Below are positions 20,482-30,340 of a DNA stretch of 64,000 nt, one piece after another. Source of the DNA: Longimicrobiales bacterium. Its GTDB lineage: Bacteria; Gemmatimonadota; Gemmatimonadetes; Longimicrobiales; Gaopeijiaceae. The stretch is taken from positions 320,001 through 384,000 of the forward strand of contig CBDCNQ010000003.1 in assembly GCA_965219445.1 (NCBI GenBank). Direction: 5' to 3'. The position numbers and the translations under genes were made by a program. Within the stretch, counting starts at the first letter, position 1. Each line of letters begins with the position of its first letter. Under the pieces are notes generated by a model. The model had not been told where the DNA came from. It saw nothing but the letters and a program-made list of their open reading frames with translations, and ran no database searches.

Positions 20482-20970
20482 TCAGAAATCCAGCGCCGAA
20501 TCTTCATGGCGGGCCGGGTCATCCAACCGACCCAGCCGCCGCCTGTGCCCGGCCGTAACCCGGCGCCGACCGGCGTAGCCTCCGCTCACTTCGTGCCAAT
20601 ACGCCACCTTGGGCTCGTCCGACTGCCAGCAGAGATAAACCCAACGGCCGTCCAGAGTGGTCGGAAAGTCTACCAGCCCGTGCTCAAGACCGCCGACCGG
20701 AAAGCGGATGCCCCGGTCAACAAGCCGCTGTTGGATGAGCTCTTCGATCGCCCGGCGGCACTCCGAGAGGGAATGACGATGCTGCGCGTACTCCTCGTGA
20801 TCCGGGTTGTCGCTTTGCGAGACGACGTCGCCCCAAAGAGCGTCCAGCACGGCCAGCTGGTCCAACTTGCTGCGCGCCACGTCGCGAAGGCTTTGGATCT
20901 CGTTGAGGGCGGCCCGCAGCTCAGGAAGCAGCTCGTTTGCCTCGTCGACTGTAAAAGCATGATGGCCCAT
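20482..20970 (-). CDS. DUF2203 domain protein
   Basis: FTVDEANELLP; GLVDFP…VYLCW…WH…GYAGRR. Confidence 0.85.
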   Translation of the reverse strand: MGHHAFTVDEANELLPELRAALNEIQSLRDVARSKLDQLAVLDALWGDVVSQSDNPDHEEYAQHRHSLSECRRAIEELIQQRLVDRGIRFPVGGLEHGLVDFPTTLDGRWVYLCWQSDEPKVAYWHEVSGGYAGRRRVTAGHRRRLGRLDDPARHEDSALDF

Positions 20971-20974
20971 GGCG

Positions 20975-22417
20975 CTAGCTTTCCAATCCTCTCATCGTCG
21001 CCACAGAGCCGAACTGACTCTCGGTTGGCTCAGCTCAGCAGAACCACGCTTCAGTCAGGTGCGGTGGTCTGGCACTTCGACGGCGGTATCGGGGTTGGGC
21101 TACGGTCCGCTGACCGAAAATAGTCTCAAGGGTAAGCTTCTTGATCCCGTCGAAGGTCGTTGCCGGGTCTTCACCCGAGCTGGCTGCTTCTTCAGCGACT
21201 CGCCCGACCCGCCGTTGTAGCATGTCCACACGGGGATCCGGATGCTGCCACGTGTACACGAAGTCCTCCTGAACCAGGCTCCCCAAGTGAGGCTGGATCT
21301 CAGGGATATCGAGGAGCCATGAGCCTGGAGGCAGAAGTAGTCTGATGGAGTACTGGACCGGATCGAGGTGATAGACCAAATCGTGGTTCTGCACGAACTC
21401 GAGCAGCTCCAAATACCCCGACAGCGTTGTCCAAGGCGTGAAAGGTAGCAGCGATGGGCGAAGGGCAACGTCCGCGGATCGGGTAATCTCCAGGGCAGTG
21501 ACCACGTCGTCTCGGGTGTGACCCTTGTCGAGATACCCGAGAATACGGTCGTCCACACTCTCCATAGCGGACACGACGAAGATGCACCCGAGCGCTGCCA
21601 ACTCCACGACCGCGTCACGATGCTGGATGAGGTGCTCGATCTTGGCCGTGAAGTCGAAGCTCAGTTCGGGGTGGCGGTTACGCATCTCCCGAACAATCCC
21701 GAGCGAGTGCTTCACACCGTTCAGGAAATCCGGGTCGCCAAAGTTGATGTGCTGCGCACCCATGCGCACGAGGTTGTCGATATCCGCGAGCACGACCTCC
21801 TGCTGAACTATGCGAAGCCTTCCCTCGTAGACAGCCGGGATCGGGCAGTGTCGGCACCGATGAGCACAACCGCGGCTGGCTTCGACCTGTCCCACCAGCC
21901 GGAGTTCCCCCTCGGAGGTCCTCAGGTGGGCATACTTCTCCAGCGGAGGTAGTAAGTGTCGCGCTGGTGGCAGAAACTGCTGTCGAGACAGGTTGGGTGG
22001 ACCGCGCAGCTCCGAGAGCGAGACGCCTCCCGGGCCAGGCGATCCATTCTCGGCAAAGCGGTCGACGTGCTGAGTGAGCGGTGTCTCAAATTCACCGCCG
22101 ATCACGCTGTCGGCTACGCCATCGAGGAGGTAGTCCTCGTTAAGAGAAGCGTAGAGCCCGAAGTAGCAGATGTGGCACTGCGGATTCAATCCCCGGACCA
22201 GCTCACCGGCTTTGACGCCGAGTCGGATCGCCGTGTGCATGGGAGTCGAGATCCCCACAAAGTCGGCCCGGCGGACCTTGGCCTCGTCGATAACCTCGAC
22301 GGCGAGATCCAGGCATTCCACTTGATGGCGGCCTTCAGCGAGGATGTGTGCGGCAGCGGACGCTACTCCGAACGGCTGATGGCCGAGCTTATAGCAGGAG
22401 ATGAGGAGCACGTTCAT
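20975..22417 (-). CDS. CUAEP/CCAEP-tail radical SAM selenoprotein with a B12-binding-like N-domain; UGA at 21035-21037 read as Sec
   Basis: SRGCAHRCRHC motif; the frame continues past TGA as WFC-U-AEPTESQFGSVATMRGLES* to a TAG at 20975-20977. Confidence 0.85.
21006..21031 (-). promoter_or_regulatory. Candidate bacterial SECIS hairpin
   Basis: GAGCCAACCGAGAGTCAGTTCGGCTC starting 4 nt after the UGA; GAGCC/GGCTC and AAC/GTT pairings. Confidence 0.5.
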
Positions 22418-22444
22418 TGCCGAAGATGCCTCATGGCCTGGGTA

Positions 22445-23860
22445 TCAGCCGACCGATCCCTCCATTTCGAGCTCGATGAGCCGGTTGAGCTCGACCGCGT
22501 ACTCGAGCGGAAGCTCCTTGGCGATGGGCTCGATGAATCCACGCACGATGAGCGCCATGGCCTCCTCTTTTGTCAGCCCGCGGCTCATGAGGTAGAAGAG
22601 CTGAGCGTCGCCTACCTTGGAGACGGTGGCCTCGTGTCCCACCGACGCCTGCTGCTCTTCGATCTCGATATACGGGTAGGTATCGGTGCGCGAAGTCGCG
22701 TCGATGAGAAGCGCATCACACTCGACGTTGGAGCGGGCGTTGACCGCACCCTCGTACACTTTGCAGAGGCCACGATACGATGAGCGGCCGTGGCCCTTCG
22801 AGATCGACTTCGAAATGATCGAGGACGTCGTGTTCGGCGCCACATGGACAACCTTGCCCCCGGTATCTTGGTGCTGCCCGTCGCTGGCGTATGCGATCGA
22901 CATGATCTCGCCGTGTGCTCCCTCGCCCACGAGATAGCACGACGGATACTTCATCGTGAGCTTGGACCCGAGGTTGCCGTCGAGCCACTCCATGTTCGCG
23001 TTTTGGTTCACCAAGGCGCGTTGAGTCACGAGGTTGTACATGTTGTTCGACCAATTCTGGATGGTCGTGTAGCGGAATCTCGCGTCCCTCTTCAGCACGA
23101 TCTCGATCACACCGGAGTGGAACGAATCGGTGGAATAGACCGGCGCCGTGCATCCCTCGATGTAGTGAGCGTGAGCGCCCTCGTCGACGATGATCAGCGT
23201 GCGCTCGAACTGCCCCATGCGCTCTTGGTTGACCCGGAAGTACGCCTGTAGCGGCGTCTCGAGCTCCACACCCCTCGGAATGTAGACGAACGAGCCCCCA
23301 GACCAGACCGCCGAGTTGAGCGCCGCGAACTTGTTGTCTGCAGCGGGAATGACGGTCGCGAAATACTCACGGAAGAGCTCCGGGTGGTTCTTGAGCCCGT
23401 CTTCGATCGAATCGAAGATCACGCCCTTCGACGACCACTCCTCCTTGAGGGAGTGGTAAACCATCTCGGACTCGTACTGCGCGCCGACGCCTGCCAGGAG
23501 CTTTTGCTCCGCATCGGGGATGCCCAAGCGCTCGAACGTGTTCTTGATCGTCTCCGGCACGTCGTCCCAGGACCGCTCCATCTGATCCTGTGGCTTCACA
23601 TAGAAGTAGATCTCATCGAGCGTCGCCTCGAGATCCGACAGGTCGCCGCCCCAGGTCGGCATCGGCTTCCGCTCGTAGATCTTCAGCGCCTTCAGACGGA
23701 ACTCGAGCATCCACTCGGGTTCCTCCTTGTGCTTCGAAATCTGCCGCACGATATCCTCGTCCAGGCCGGGTCTGGTCCGGAAAACGTGCGCTTCATCATC
23801 GACGAACCCGTACTGGTATTCGTCGAGGCCGAGTCCTTCTACTAGTTCATTTTCTGGCAT
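22445..23860 (-). CDS. sufB: Fe-S cluster assembly protein SufB
   Basis: [48 protein letters not shown]-terminus; start at MPENELV behind an AGG-repeat RBS. Confidence 0.95.
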   Translation of the reverse strand: MPENELVEGLGLDEYQYGFVDDEAHVFRTRPGLDEDIVRQISKHKEEPEWMLEFRLKALKIYERKPMPTWGGDLSDLEATLDEIYFYVKPQDQMERSWDDVPETIKNTFERLGIPDAEQKLLAGVGAQYESEMVYHSLKEEWSSKGVIFDSIEDGLKNHPELFREYFATVIPAADNKFAALNSAVWSGGSFVYIPRGVELETPLQAYFRVNQERMGQFERTLIIVDEGAHAHYIEGCTAPVYSTDSFHSGVIEIVLKRDARFRYTTIQNWSNNMYNLVTQRALVNQNANMEWLDGNLGSKLTMKYPSCYLVGEGAHGEIMSIAYASDGQHQDTGGKVVHVAPNTTSSIISKSISKGHGRSSYRGLCKVYEGAVNARSNVECDALLIDATSRTDTYPYIEIEEQQASVGHEATVSKVGDAQLFYLMSRGLTKEEAMALIVRGFIEPIAKELPLEYAVELNRLIELEMEGSVG

Positions 23861-23906
23861 GGACCTCCTCCTCCTCCTCCTAATTCCGCTCCTGCTGGAG
23901 ATAATC

Positions 23907-23925
23907 AAGAATGATTCTCGTTATC
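23907..23925 (-). promoter_or_regulatory. Fur-box-like site upstream of sufB
   Basis: GATAACGAGAATCATTCTT on the minus strand, 15/19 match to GATAATGATAATCATTATC. Confidence 0.6.
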
Positions 23926-24035
23926 AACAACATACCTTCGGAGGTATCGATGGGCAAACGAAGGCGCTCGGAATCGACCCGTTGTCCGGACGGGGCCGGG
24001 TCTCCACCTTTTGTCCATCCGGAGGAGGGCCATAG

Positions 24036-24638
24036 GTGAAAGAATTTACGGAATCGCGTCTTGCCGTGGGCGCAGGCGAACTCTGGGATCTGGGTACACG
24101 CGCAGAGTTCCTGAACGCCGTCGGCGACGGTTCGCTGCCCGAGGATGCGTTCAACCGGTGGCTCGTGCAGGATTACCTGTTCGTGAGAGGGTTTGCCAGC
24201 TTCGCGTCCCTGACTGTCGGGAAAACGCCCAGGCCGGGGCAGAGTGTCTTGATCGCGGGCCTCTCGGCCCTCGACGACGAGCTCGACTGGTTCGAGGCGC
24301 ATGCCGAGGCCAGGTCCCTTGATCTAGGCGCCGAGCTCCACCCAGTGTGCCAGCACTATGTCGACTTTCTCATCACTGCGGGCTACTCCGAGCCGTTCCA
24401 CGTGCTGCTTGCACTCTTCTACGGCGTCGAGGTGGCCTATGTGGTCGCATGGAGTCGCCTCGAGGTCCGGGGGCCGTACGCCGAGTTTATCGACCGGTGG
24501 ACCCATGAGGACTTCCAGGCCTACGTGCGTGTCCTGTCGACGCTCGCCGACGAGCATCCCCATCCCCGTCAGCAAGCGATGTTCAACGAGGTCATGCGCC
24601 ATGAGCGGGATTTTTGGCACATGACCTGGAAAGGCTGA
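24036..24638 (+). CDS. TenA family protein, TenA_E-like (no catalytic Cys)
   Basis: FNRWLVQDYLFV; FYGVEVAY; ERDFW. Confidence 0.8.
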   Translation: MKEFTESRLAVGAGELWDLGTRAEFLNAVGDGSLPEDAFNRWLVQDYLFVRGFASFASLTVGKTPRPGQSVLIAGLSALDDELDWFEAHAEARSLDLGAELHPVCQHYVDFLITAGYSEPFHVLLALFYGVEVAYVVAWSRLEVRGPYAEFIDRWTHEDFQAYVRVLSTLADEHPHPRQQAMFNEVMRHERDFWHMTWKG

Positions 24639-24645
24639 ACCGCTC

Positions 24646-25299
24646 ATGTCGGCCGAACCGCTTCACAAGACCTTATGGCAGGAAAACCAGGCAGTAGCCG
24701 AAGAATGTTTGGCCCATCCGTTCGTCCGCGGCTTGGGAGACGGCAGCTTGGATCCCGAGGTCTTCAAGCACTATGTGGCGCAAGACGCTTTCTTCCTGCA
24801 GGCCTTTTTCAGCGCCTATGCCCTGGGCGCCGTCCGGGTAGTGGAGAGACGGCAGGTCGTACAGAGGCTCCACGGGCTCATGGGCGGCGTACTGGACGAG
24901 CTGAAGCTTCACGAAGGCTACGCCGAGAGTCTGGCAATCGATTTGGGGAACGTCCGACTCCATCCAGCCACCCGCGCTTATACCGATTTCTTGCTTCGGA
25001 CCGCGTGGACGACCGAAGTAGGTGAGATCATGGCAGCAATGACGCCGTGCATGCGGCTCTATGCATACTTAGGACAGGAGTTGGCCCTGGGAGACCACTC
25101 CCAGAATCCTTATCGGGAGTGGATCGAGACCTACTCGAGCGCGGAGTTCGAGGCGCTGGCCGCCGAGCTCGAGTCGCTGCTGGACCAGCTGGCCGAGGGC
25201 ACACACAGGGTGTCACAGGCCTACCGTTACGCTATGCGCTGTGAGCTCGACTTCTTCTCGGCCTCGCTTGACGAGGGGGTGGTGGACGCTCTGGCCTAA
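24646..25299 (+). CDS. tenA: TenA family aminopyrimidine aminohydrolase/thiaminase II, TenA_C-like
   Basis: HPFVRGL; YVAQDAFFL; MTPCMRLY with the catalytic Cys; PYREWIETY; ELDFF. Confidence 0.85.
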   Translation: MSAEPLHKTLWQENQAVAEECLAHPFVRGLGDGSLDPEVFKHYVAQDAFFLQAFFSAYALGAVRVVERRQVVQRLHGLMGGVLDELKLHEGYAESLAIDLGNVRLHPATRAYTDFLLRTAWTTEVGEIMAAMTPCMRLYAYLGQELALGDHSQNPYREWIETYSSAEFEALAAELESLLDQLAEGTHRVSQAYRYAMRCELDFFSASLDEGVVDALA

Positions 25300-25308
25300 G
25301 CTGCGCCA

Positions 25309-26325
25309 TCACCCGCCGCGCGTGTGCATCTCCCGGTGTGGATCTTCGCGCAGATCTTCGATCTGATGGAGAGGGCCTCGGGAGCCCAGCGCCTGTCTAT
25401 CCTCGGCCCCACGGTCGGTACGATTCGTCCACCCCCGGACAATCAGCGACCTGATCTCATCTTGGGAGGCCCGCTCTCGCAGAGGCTTCCGAAGGTCGAT
25501 CCCGTGGGCCGCGTACAGACACAGGAACCACATCCCATCCGCAGTGAGCCGGCTCCGGTCGCAGGCACTGCAGAACGGCTCGGTTGTTGAGGCGATGATG
25601 CCGAAGCTCGTCCCGTCCGGTAGCCCATAGCGGTCCGCCGGAGCCGAGCTATTGTCGCGGAGCGGCTCGATCGGCCCATAGTGCCTCTCCAGCAGGCTCA
25701 GTATCTCCCTCCTCGAAACGACCAGGTCCATCGACCACCGCGTCGCGCCGCCCACGTCCATGTACTCGATGAACCTGACTTCTGCGCCGCTATCCCTACT
25801 GAAGTCGATCATGTCCGTGAGTTCGTCGTCGTTGTACCCGCGCATGACCACGGTATTGATCTTGAGGGGTTTCAGCCCGCTCTTCGCTGCGGCATCGATA
25901 CCTTCGAGCACCTGGGGGAGACGGTCGCGGCGCGTGAGCTGCTTGAACCGCTCCGGCCGTAGCGTATCCAGGCTCACGGTGACCCGGTCCAGTCCCGCGC
26001 TCCGGAGCGACTCCGCCTGCTTCGCCAGTAACACACCATTGGTGGTCATGCTCAGGTCACGAACGTCCGGGTTGGCCGCTAGCCGCTCCACTACATCCGC
26101 CACTTCGCGGCGGAGCAGCGGCTCGCCGCCCGTGAGGCGCACGTTGTCCACCCCAAGCTCGCTGAAGACATCGACGAGATCGCCGATCTGCTCGACGGTG
26201 AGGATGTCGTCGCGGGGCAGCCAGACATACTCCTCCTCGGGCATACAGTACTGGCAACGCAGGTTGCATTTGTCGATCAGTGAGACCCGGAGGCTCTTAA
26301 GAGGCCGGCCGAACGTGTCTAGCAC
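25309..26325 (-). CDS. moaA: GTP 3',8-cyclase MoaA
   Basis: CNLRCQYCMP; LTGGEPLLR; FCSACDRSR…CL; terminal GG. Confidence 0.95.
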   Translation of the reverse strand: MLDTFGRPLKSLRVSLIDKCNLRCQYCMPEEEYVWLPRDDILTVEQIGDLVDVFSELGVDNVRLTGGEPLLRREVADVVERLAANPDVRDLSMTTNGVLLAKQAESLRSAGLDRVTVSLDTLRPERFKQLTRRDRLPQVLEGIDAAAKSGLKPLKINTVVMRGYNDDELTDMIDFSRDSGAEVRFIEYMDVGGATRWSMDLVVSRREILSLLERHYGPIEPLRDNSSAPADRYGLPDGTSFGIIASTTEPFCSACDRSRLTADGMWFLCLYAAHGIDLRKPLRERASQDEIRSLIVRGWTNRTDRGAEDRQALGSRGPLHQIEDLREDPHREMHTRGG

Positions 26326-26557
26326 TGTGCGCCTTCTCCTTGGTCTCCACTCCCCGAGGGAGCGGGGCAGGCTACGTGGGCCGCCGCGATCAGTTCCTGG
26401 GGTCTCAAACTATACATTCAGGTACCAACATGCGGCATCGAGAATCGGACACGTCCCTGCCACCCACTGAGGTGACCTTCGGTCTCTCACCCAAGTCGTG
26501 AGTTCGACTCTGCTCGCTGTCAACCTCGGCAGCGGGGAGTACCGTTAGTTTACGGTC

Positions 26558-26761
26558 ATGGACTTGACACCTGAGGAGCAACCCGTCGTCCGTCGTGCTG
26601 TGACGGCGTACCACGCGATGAAGAAGCGGCACAAGGGGCCATTCACAGGCACGACTGCCAACGAGATTCTCGAAGAATTGAAGCCGTCTCTAGCACGTTG
26701 GACTGAACTCGCCGCGTTCGTGATCGAAAGGGCAAAAGGACCCACACCAAGGAATCGATAA
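26558..26761 (+). CDS. Small hypothetical protein
   Basis: 67-aa ATG ORF in otherwise empty space; no motif recognised. Confidence 0.3.
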   Translation: MDLTPEEQPVVRRAVTAYHAMKKRHKGPFTGTTANEILEELKPSLARWTELAAFVIERAKGPTPRNR

Positions 26762-26857
26762 CTTGGCGCGTCAGCTCACGCCGCTGGTCGGCATAGTGGT
26801 CAGACAGCAGAATCGCGATTCGTTAGGCGGCACGTTCTTAGGATTGGGCATGAATCT

Positions 26858-27178
26858 ATGATAAGGATGCCGAGTGCCCGTTTTTCAGTTGGTGACGTGG
26901 TGCAACACAAACTGTTCGAATACCGAGGTGTAATCGTCGATGTCGATACGCACTTTCGAGGAACCGAAGAATCGTACGAAGCCGTGGCCCGTTCGAGACC
27001 ACCGAAGCATCGTCCTTGGTATCACGTGTTGCCACACGGAGCCCAACATCAAACGTATGTAGCCGAACGAAACCTCGAACCAGATCACAGTGGCCTCCCC
27101 ATTCAACATCCCCTAGTGGAGCGCTACTTCACTGATTTCAAAAACGGGCGGTATGTCAATGATGTTCAGATCCATTAG
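26858..27178 (+). CDS. hspQ: Heat shock protein HspQ (YccV domain)
   Basis: FSVGDVVQHKLFEYRGVIVDVD; PWYHVL; TYVAERNL; IQHP. Confidence 0.9.
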   Translation: MIRMPSARFSVGDVVQHKLFEYRGVIVDVDTHFRGTEESYEAVARSRPPKHRPWYHVLPHGAQHQTYVAERNLEPDHSGLPIQHPLVERYFTDFKNGRYVNDVQIH

Positions 27179-27287
27179 TGATCATGCCGTCTTACTGATG
27201 ATCACCCCTGTGACAATGGACCCGGCCCGGGCTGAGCTCGGGTTGGAAGACATGTAGATCGGTCTTGAGCTTATCCCATTTCCTGTC

Positions 27288-27821
27288 GTGAGTACGGTCA
27301 CAGCAGAGTCTCCCGCGGCACGCTGGGTGATTGGTGTCCTGTCGGTCGTCGTGTTGGCGGCGGTGATCGTCGTCCTCTACGCCATGCCGGGGCGCGGCCC
27401 AGCACCCGGTACGCCGGGAGCGCTGGCAACGGTGAACGCCGTCCTAAACGGAGGCGCGGCGTGTTTCCTGCTAACCGGCTACGCGTTCATTCGCAAGAGG
27501 AAGATCAAAGCTCACCGGACCTGTATGGTGACCGCTTTCGTTCTTTCGTCGCTCTTCCTCGTCACCTACCTGTTTCATCACGCCCAGGTCGGCTCCGTTC
27601 CCTTCCGGCATGAGGGATGGATCCGCGGCGTGTACTTCGCCGTGCTTGTGCCGCACGTCGCGCTGGCGGTGGTGATCGTTCCGCTCGCGCTGCTCACGAT
27701 CTATCGCGGCTGGACCGAGCGTATCGAGAAGCATCGCAAGATCGCTCGCTGGACGCTGCCGCTTTGGCTTTACGTTTCCGTGAGCGGCGTCGCCGTCTAC
27801 CTCATGCTATATCATCTATGA
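27288..27821 (+). CDS. DUF420 membrane protein
   Basis: NAVLNG; HRTCM; HRKIARWTLPLWLYVSVSGVAVYLM. Confidence 0.9.
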   Translation: MSTVTAESPAARWVIGVLSVVVLAAVIVVLYAMPGRGPAPGTPGALATVNAVLNGGAACFLLTGYAFIRKRKIKAHRTCMVTAFVLSSLFLVTYLFHHAQVGSVPFRHEGWIRGVYFAVLVPHVALAVVIVPLALLTIYRGWTERIEKHRKIARWTLPLWLYVSVSGVAVYLMLYHL

Positions 27822-27921
27822 GCTCAGGTATGAGCTCAGGATCGCCAAGACACGCTCTACCCTTTCCCGAAAATCCCCCTGGTCTGCTTGCGCCTACCGG
27901 CCTCCTCTCGGATGTTGACGA

Positions 27922-28299
27922 ATGATCACCGCCATGAACCGGATCTATGTGGTGCCGGAGTACACCGAGCAGTTCGAGCAGCGCTTCCGGACACGGGCGC
28001 GGCTGGTGGACGGGATGCCCGGGTTTATCTGGAACAAGGTCCTGCGCCCAGTCAATCCGGGAGACCCATACATTGTCTTGACACTGTGGGAGTCCCGGGC
28101 CGCGTTCGATGCATGGGTAAAGTCGGACGAGTTTGTGAAGGGACATGCACGCTCCGGCACGCTTCCGCAAGAAGCGTTCATGCAACCGAGCCAGCTCGAG
28201 TTGCACGAGGTCTTCACGGACTCGAGCCAACCGGATCTGGAGCCGGAGCCACGTGGCAAGCCAGTTGCCTTTCACGGCACCTGGGATGGCGAGCGCTGA
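27922..28299 (+). CDS. ABM-family monooxygenase, IsdG/HmoA-like heme-degrading type
   Basis: MNRI…FEQRF…PGF…WESRAAFDAWVKSDEFVKGH with the Asn/Trp/His triad. Confidence 0.8.
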   Translation: MITAMNRIYVVPEYTEQFEQRFRTRARLVDGMPGFIWNKVLRPVNPGDPYIVLTLWESRAAFDAWVKSDEFVKGHARSGTLPQEAFMQPSQLELHEVFTDSSQPDLEPEPRGKPVAFHGTWDGER

Positions 28300-28316
28300 A
28301 CGATGAGGGACAATTC

Positions 28317-30278
28317 ATGAGACCGCTATCGCAGCTAACCCAGACCTACCTGACAGTGGCGCTGCTGAGCGTCGCGCTGACGGCAGCGGCCCAAGAGCCG
28401 GGAACCGCGGACGGCGAGTGGCCATCGTATGGCGGCAACCTCTCGCACGACCGCTACTCGCCGCTCGACCAGATCACGGCAGAAAACTTCAGCGAGCTGG
28501 AACTGGCGTGGCGATTCAGCACCGATAACCTCGGTCCGCGGCCCGAGACCAATTTCGAGTCCACGCCGTTGATGGTGAACGGCATCCTCTACACGACGGC
28601 CGGCTCTCGACGCGCCGCGGTCGCGCTCGACCCCGAGACGGGCGAATTGCTCTGGATGCATCGGGTCGACGAGGGCGAGCGGGGCGAAGAGGCACCGCGC
28701 CAGCTGTCCGGCCGCGGACTCGCGTACTGGGACGACGGTGGGGATGGCGTCATCCTGTATGTCACACCGGGCTACCAGCTGGTCGCCCTCAACGCCTGGA
28801 CCGGTGCCCGGATCCAGAGCTTTGGCGACGCCGGCATCGTCGACCTGAAGCAAAACATCGACCAGGATCTCGAACCCACCTCCGAAATCGGGCTGCACGC
28901 AGCGCCGGTGGTCGCGGGCAACACGATCATCATCGGCGCGGCACATCGACCGGGTGGCGCGCCGCCGTCGCGCACGAACGTCAAAGGCTACGTCCGCGGC
29001 TTCGACCTCCGGACCGGCGATCGGAAATGGATCTTCCACACGATTCCCGACGCGGACGAGTTCGGGAACGATAGCTGGCTGAACGATTCCTGGCGCTACA
29101 CCGGGAACACCGGGGTCTGGGCCCAGATGACCATCGACCCCGAGCTGAACATGGCCTACTTCCCGGTCGAGGCGCCGACCGGCGACTACTACGGTGGGCA
29201 TCGCCACGGCGACAACCTGTTCTCTGGCAGCGTCGTGGCGGTCGACCTGGACACGGGCGAACGAGTCTGGCACTACCAGACGGTCCACCACGACATCTGG
29301 GACTGGGACCTGCCGGCGGCGCCGGTGCTGTTGGACATCACCGTCGACGGGCGCCCGATCAAGGCAGTGATCCAGCCGACCAAGCAGTCCTACATGTTCG
29401 TGCTCGACCGGGTTACCGGTGAACCGGTGTGGCCCATTTCGGAAATGCCGGTGACACAGGGTGACGTGCCAGGTGAGTGGTATTCGCCGACCCAGCCGAT
29501 CCCCACCAGACCACCCCCCGTCGACGAGATCGACCTCGGCGTCGAAGACCTGGTCGACTACACGCCCGAGCTGCTGGCGCAGGCCGAGGCAATCTTCTCC
29601 AGATACACGGTCGGATGGCTGTACGACCCGCCCACCGTGGCCATCGCCGGCGGGAGCCTCGGCACCCTGGCGGTACCCAGCTCGACCGGCGGCGTGAACT
29701 GGCCCGGCGGATCGGCCGACCCGGAGACTGGCTTCTTCTACATCTACACCAAGACCCAGGTCGGCGCGCTCGGGCTGGTCAACGACCCGGACCGCTCCGA
29801 CATGGACTTCATCCGTGGCCGCCCCGACGGCGTCAGCTTGCCCGATGCCGCGACGAACATCCAGGGGTTCCCGATGATCAAGCCGCCATGGGGTCGCATC
29901 ACCGGCATCAACATGAACACCGGCGACATCGCGTGGCAGATTCCACACGGCGAAGCGCCAGACAACATCCGGAACCATGAGCTGCTTGGTGGCATGGACA
30001 TCGGGCGAACCGGCTGGCCTGGCCGCGTCGGCGTGCTGGTCACCAAGACCGTGGTCGTCGCTGGCGAATCCGGTCTCTACACGACCGAGACCGGCGAGGT
30101 CGGCGCGATGCTGCGCGCGTATGACAAGGCGACCGGCGCAGAGGTCGGTGCCGTCTACATGACGGCCCCGCAGAGCGGGTCGCCGATGACCTATCAGGTG
30201 AACGACCAGCAATACATCGTCGTCGCCACGAGTGGCGGCGGCCGGTCCGGCGAGCTGTTGGCATACCGTCTGCCCTAG
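28317..30278 (+). CDS. PQQ-binding beta-propeller dehydrogenase, paralog of 7772-9892
   Basis: RYSPLDQI; WHYQTVHHDIWDWD; GGVNWPG; PPWGRI; GSPMTY; signal peptide from MRPLSQ. Confidence 0.9.
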   Translation: MRPLSQLTQTYLTVALLSVALTAAAQEPGTADGEWPSYGGNLSHDRYSPLDQITAENFSELELAWRFSTDNLGPRPETNFESTPLMVNGILYTTAGSRRAAVALDPETGELLWMHRVDEGERGEEAPRQLSGRGLAYWDDGGDGVILYVTPGYQLVALNAWTGARIQSFGDAGIVDLKQNIDQDLEPTSEIGLHAAPVVAGNTIIIGAAHRPGGAPPSRTNVKGYVRGFDLRTGDRKWIFHTIPDADEFGNDSWLNDSWRYTGNTGVWAQMTIDPELNMAYFPVEAPTGDYYGGHRHGDNLFSGSVVAVDLDTGERVWHYQTVHHDIWDWDLPAAPVLLDITVDGRPIKAVIQPTKQSYMFVLDRVTGEPVWPISEMPVTQGDVPGEWYSPTQPIPTRPPPVDEIDLGVEDLVDYTPELLAQAEAIFSRYTVGWLYDPPTVAIAGGSLGTLAVPSSTGGVNWPGGSADPETGFFYIYTKTQVGALGLVNDPDRSDMDFIRGRPDGVSLPDAATNIQGFPMIKPPWGRITGINMNTGDIAWQIPHGEAPDNIRNHELLGGMDIGRTGWPGRVGVLVTKTVVVAGESGLYTTETGEVGAMLRAYDKATGAEVGAVYMTAPQSGSPMTYQVNDQQYIVVATSGGGRSGELLAYRLP

Positions 30279-30340
30279 CGGTCCGGGGTGCACGAGAGCG
30301 CACAGCTCTCTCACAGGGACTTGCTCAGGATTCCGTGATG

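Noticed and set aside
23930..24035. TPP riboswitch before the tenA genes
   Set aside because: No CTGAGA or GAACCTGA core is visible.
26330..26557. Moco riboswitch upstream of moaA
   Set aside because: I could not recognise the conserved motif by eye; an Rfam scan would be needed.
27818..27841. Tandem duplication ATGAGCTCAGG(T/A) at the DUF420 stop
   Set aside because: Two short copies only; looks like local slippage with no element attached.
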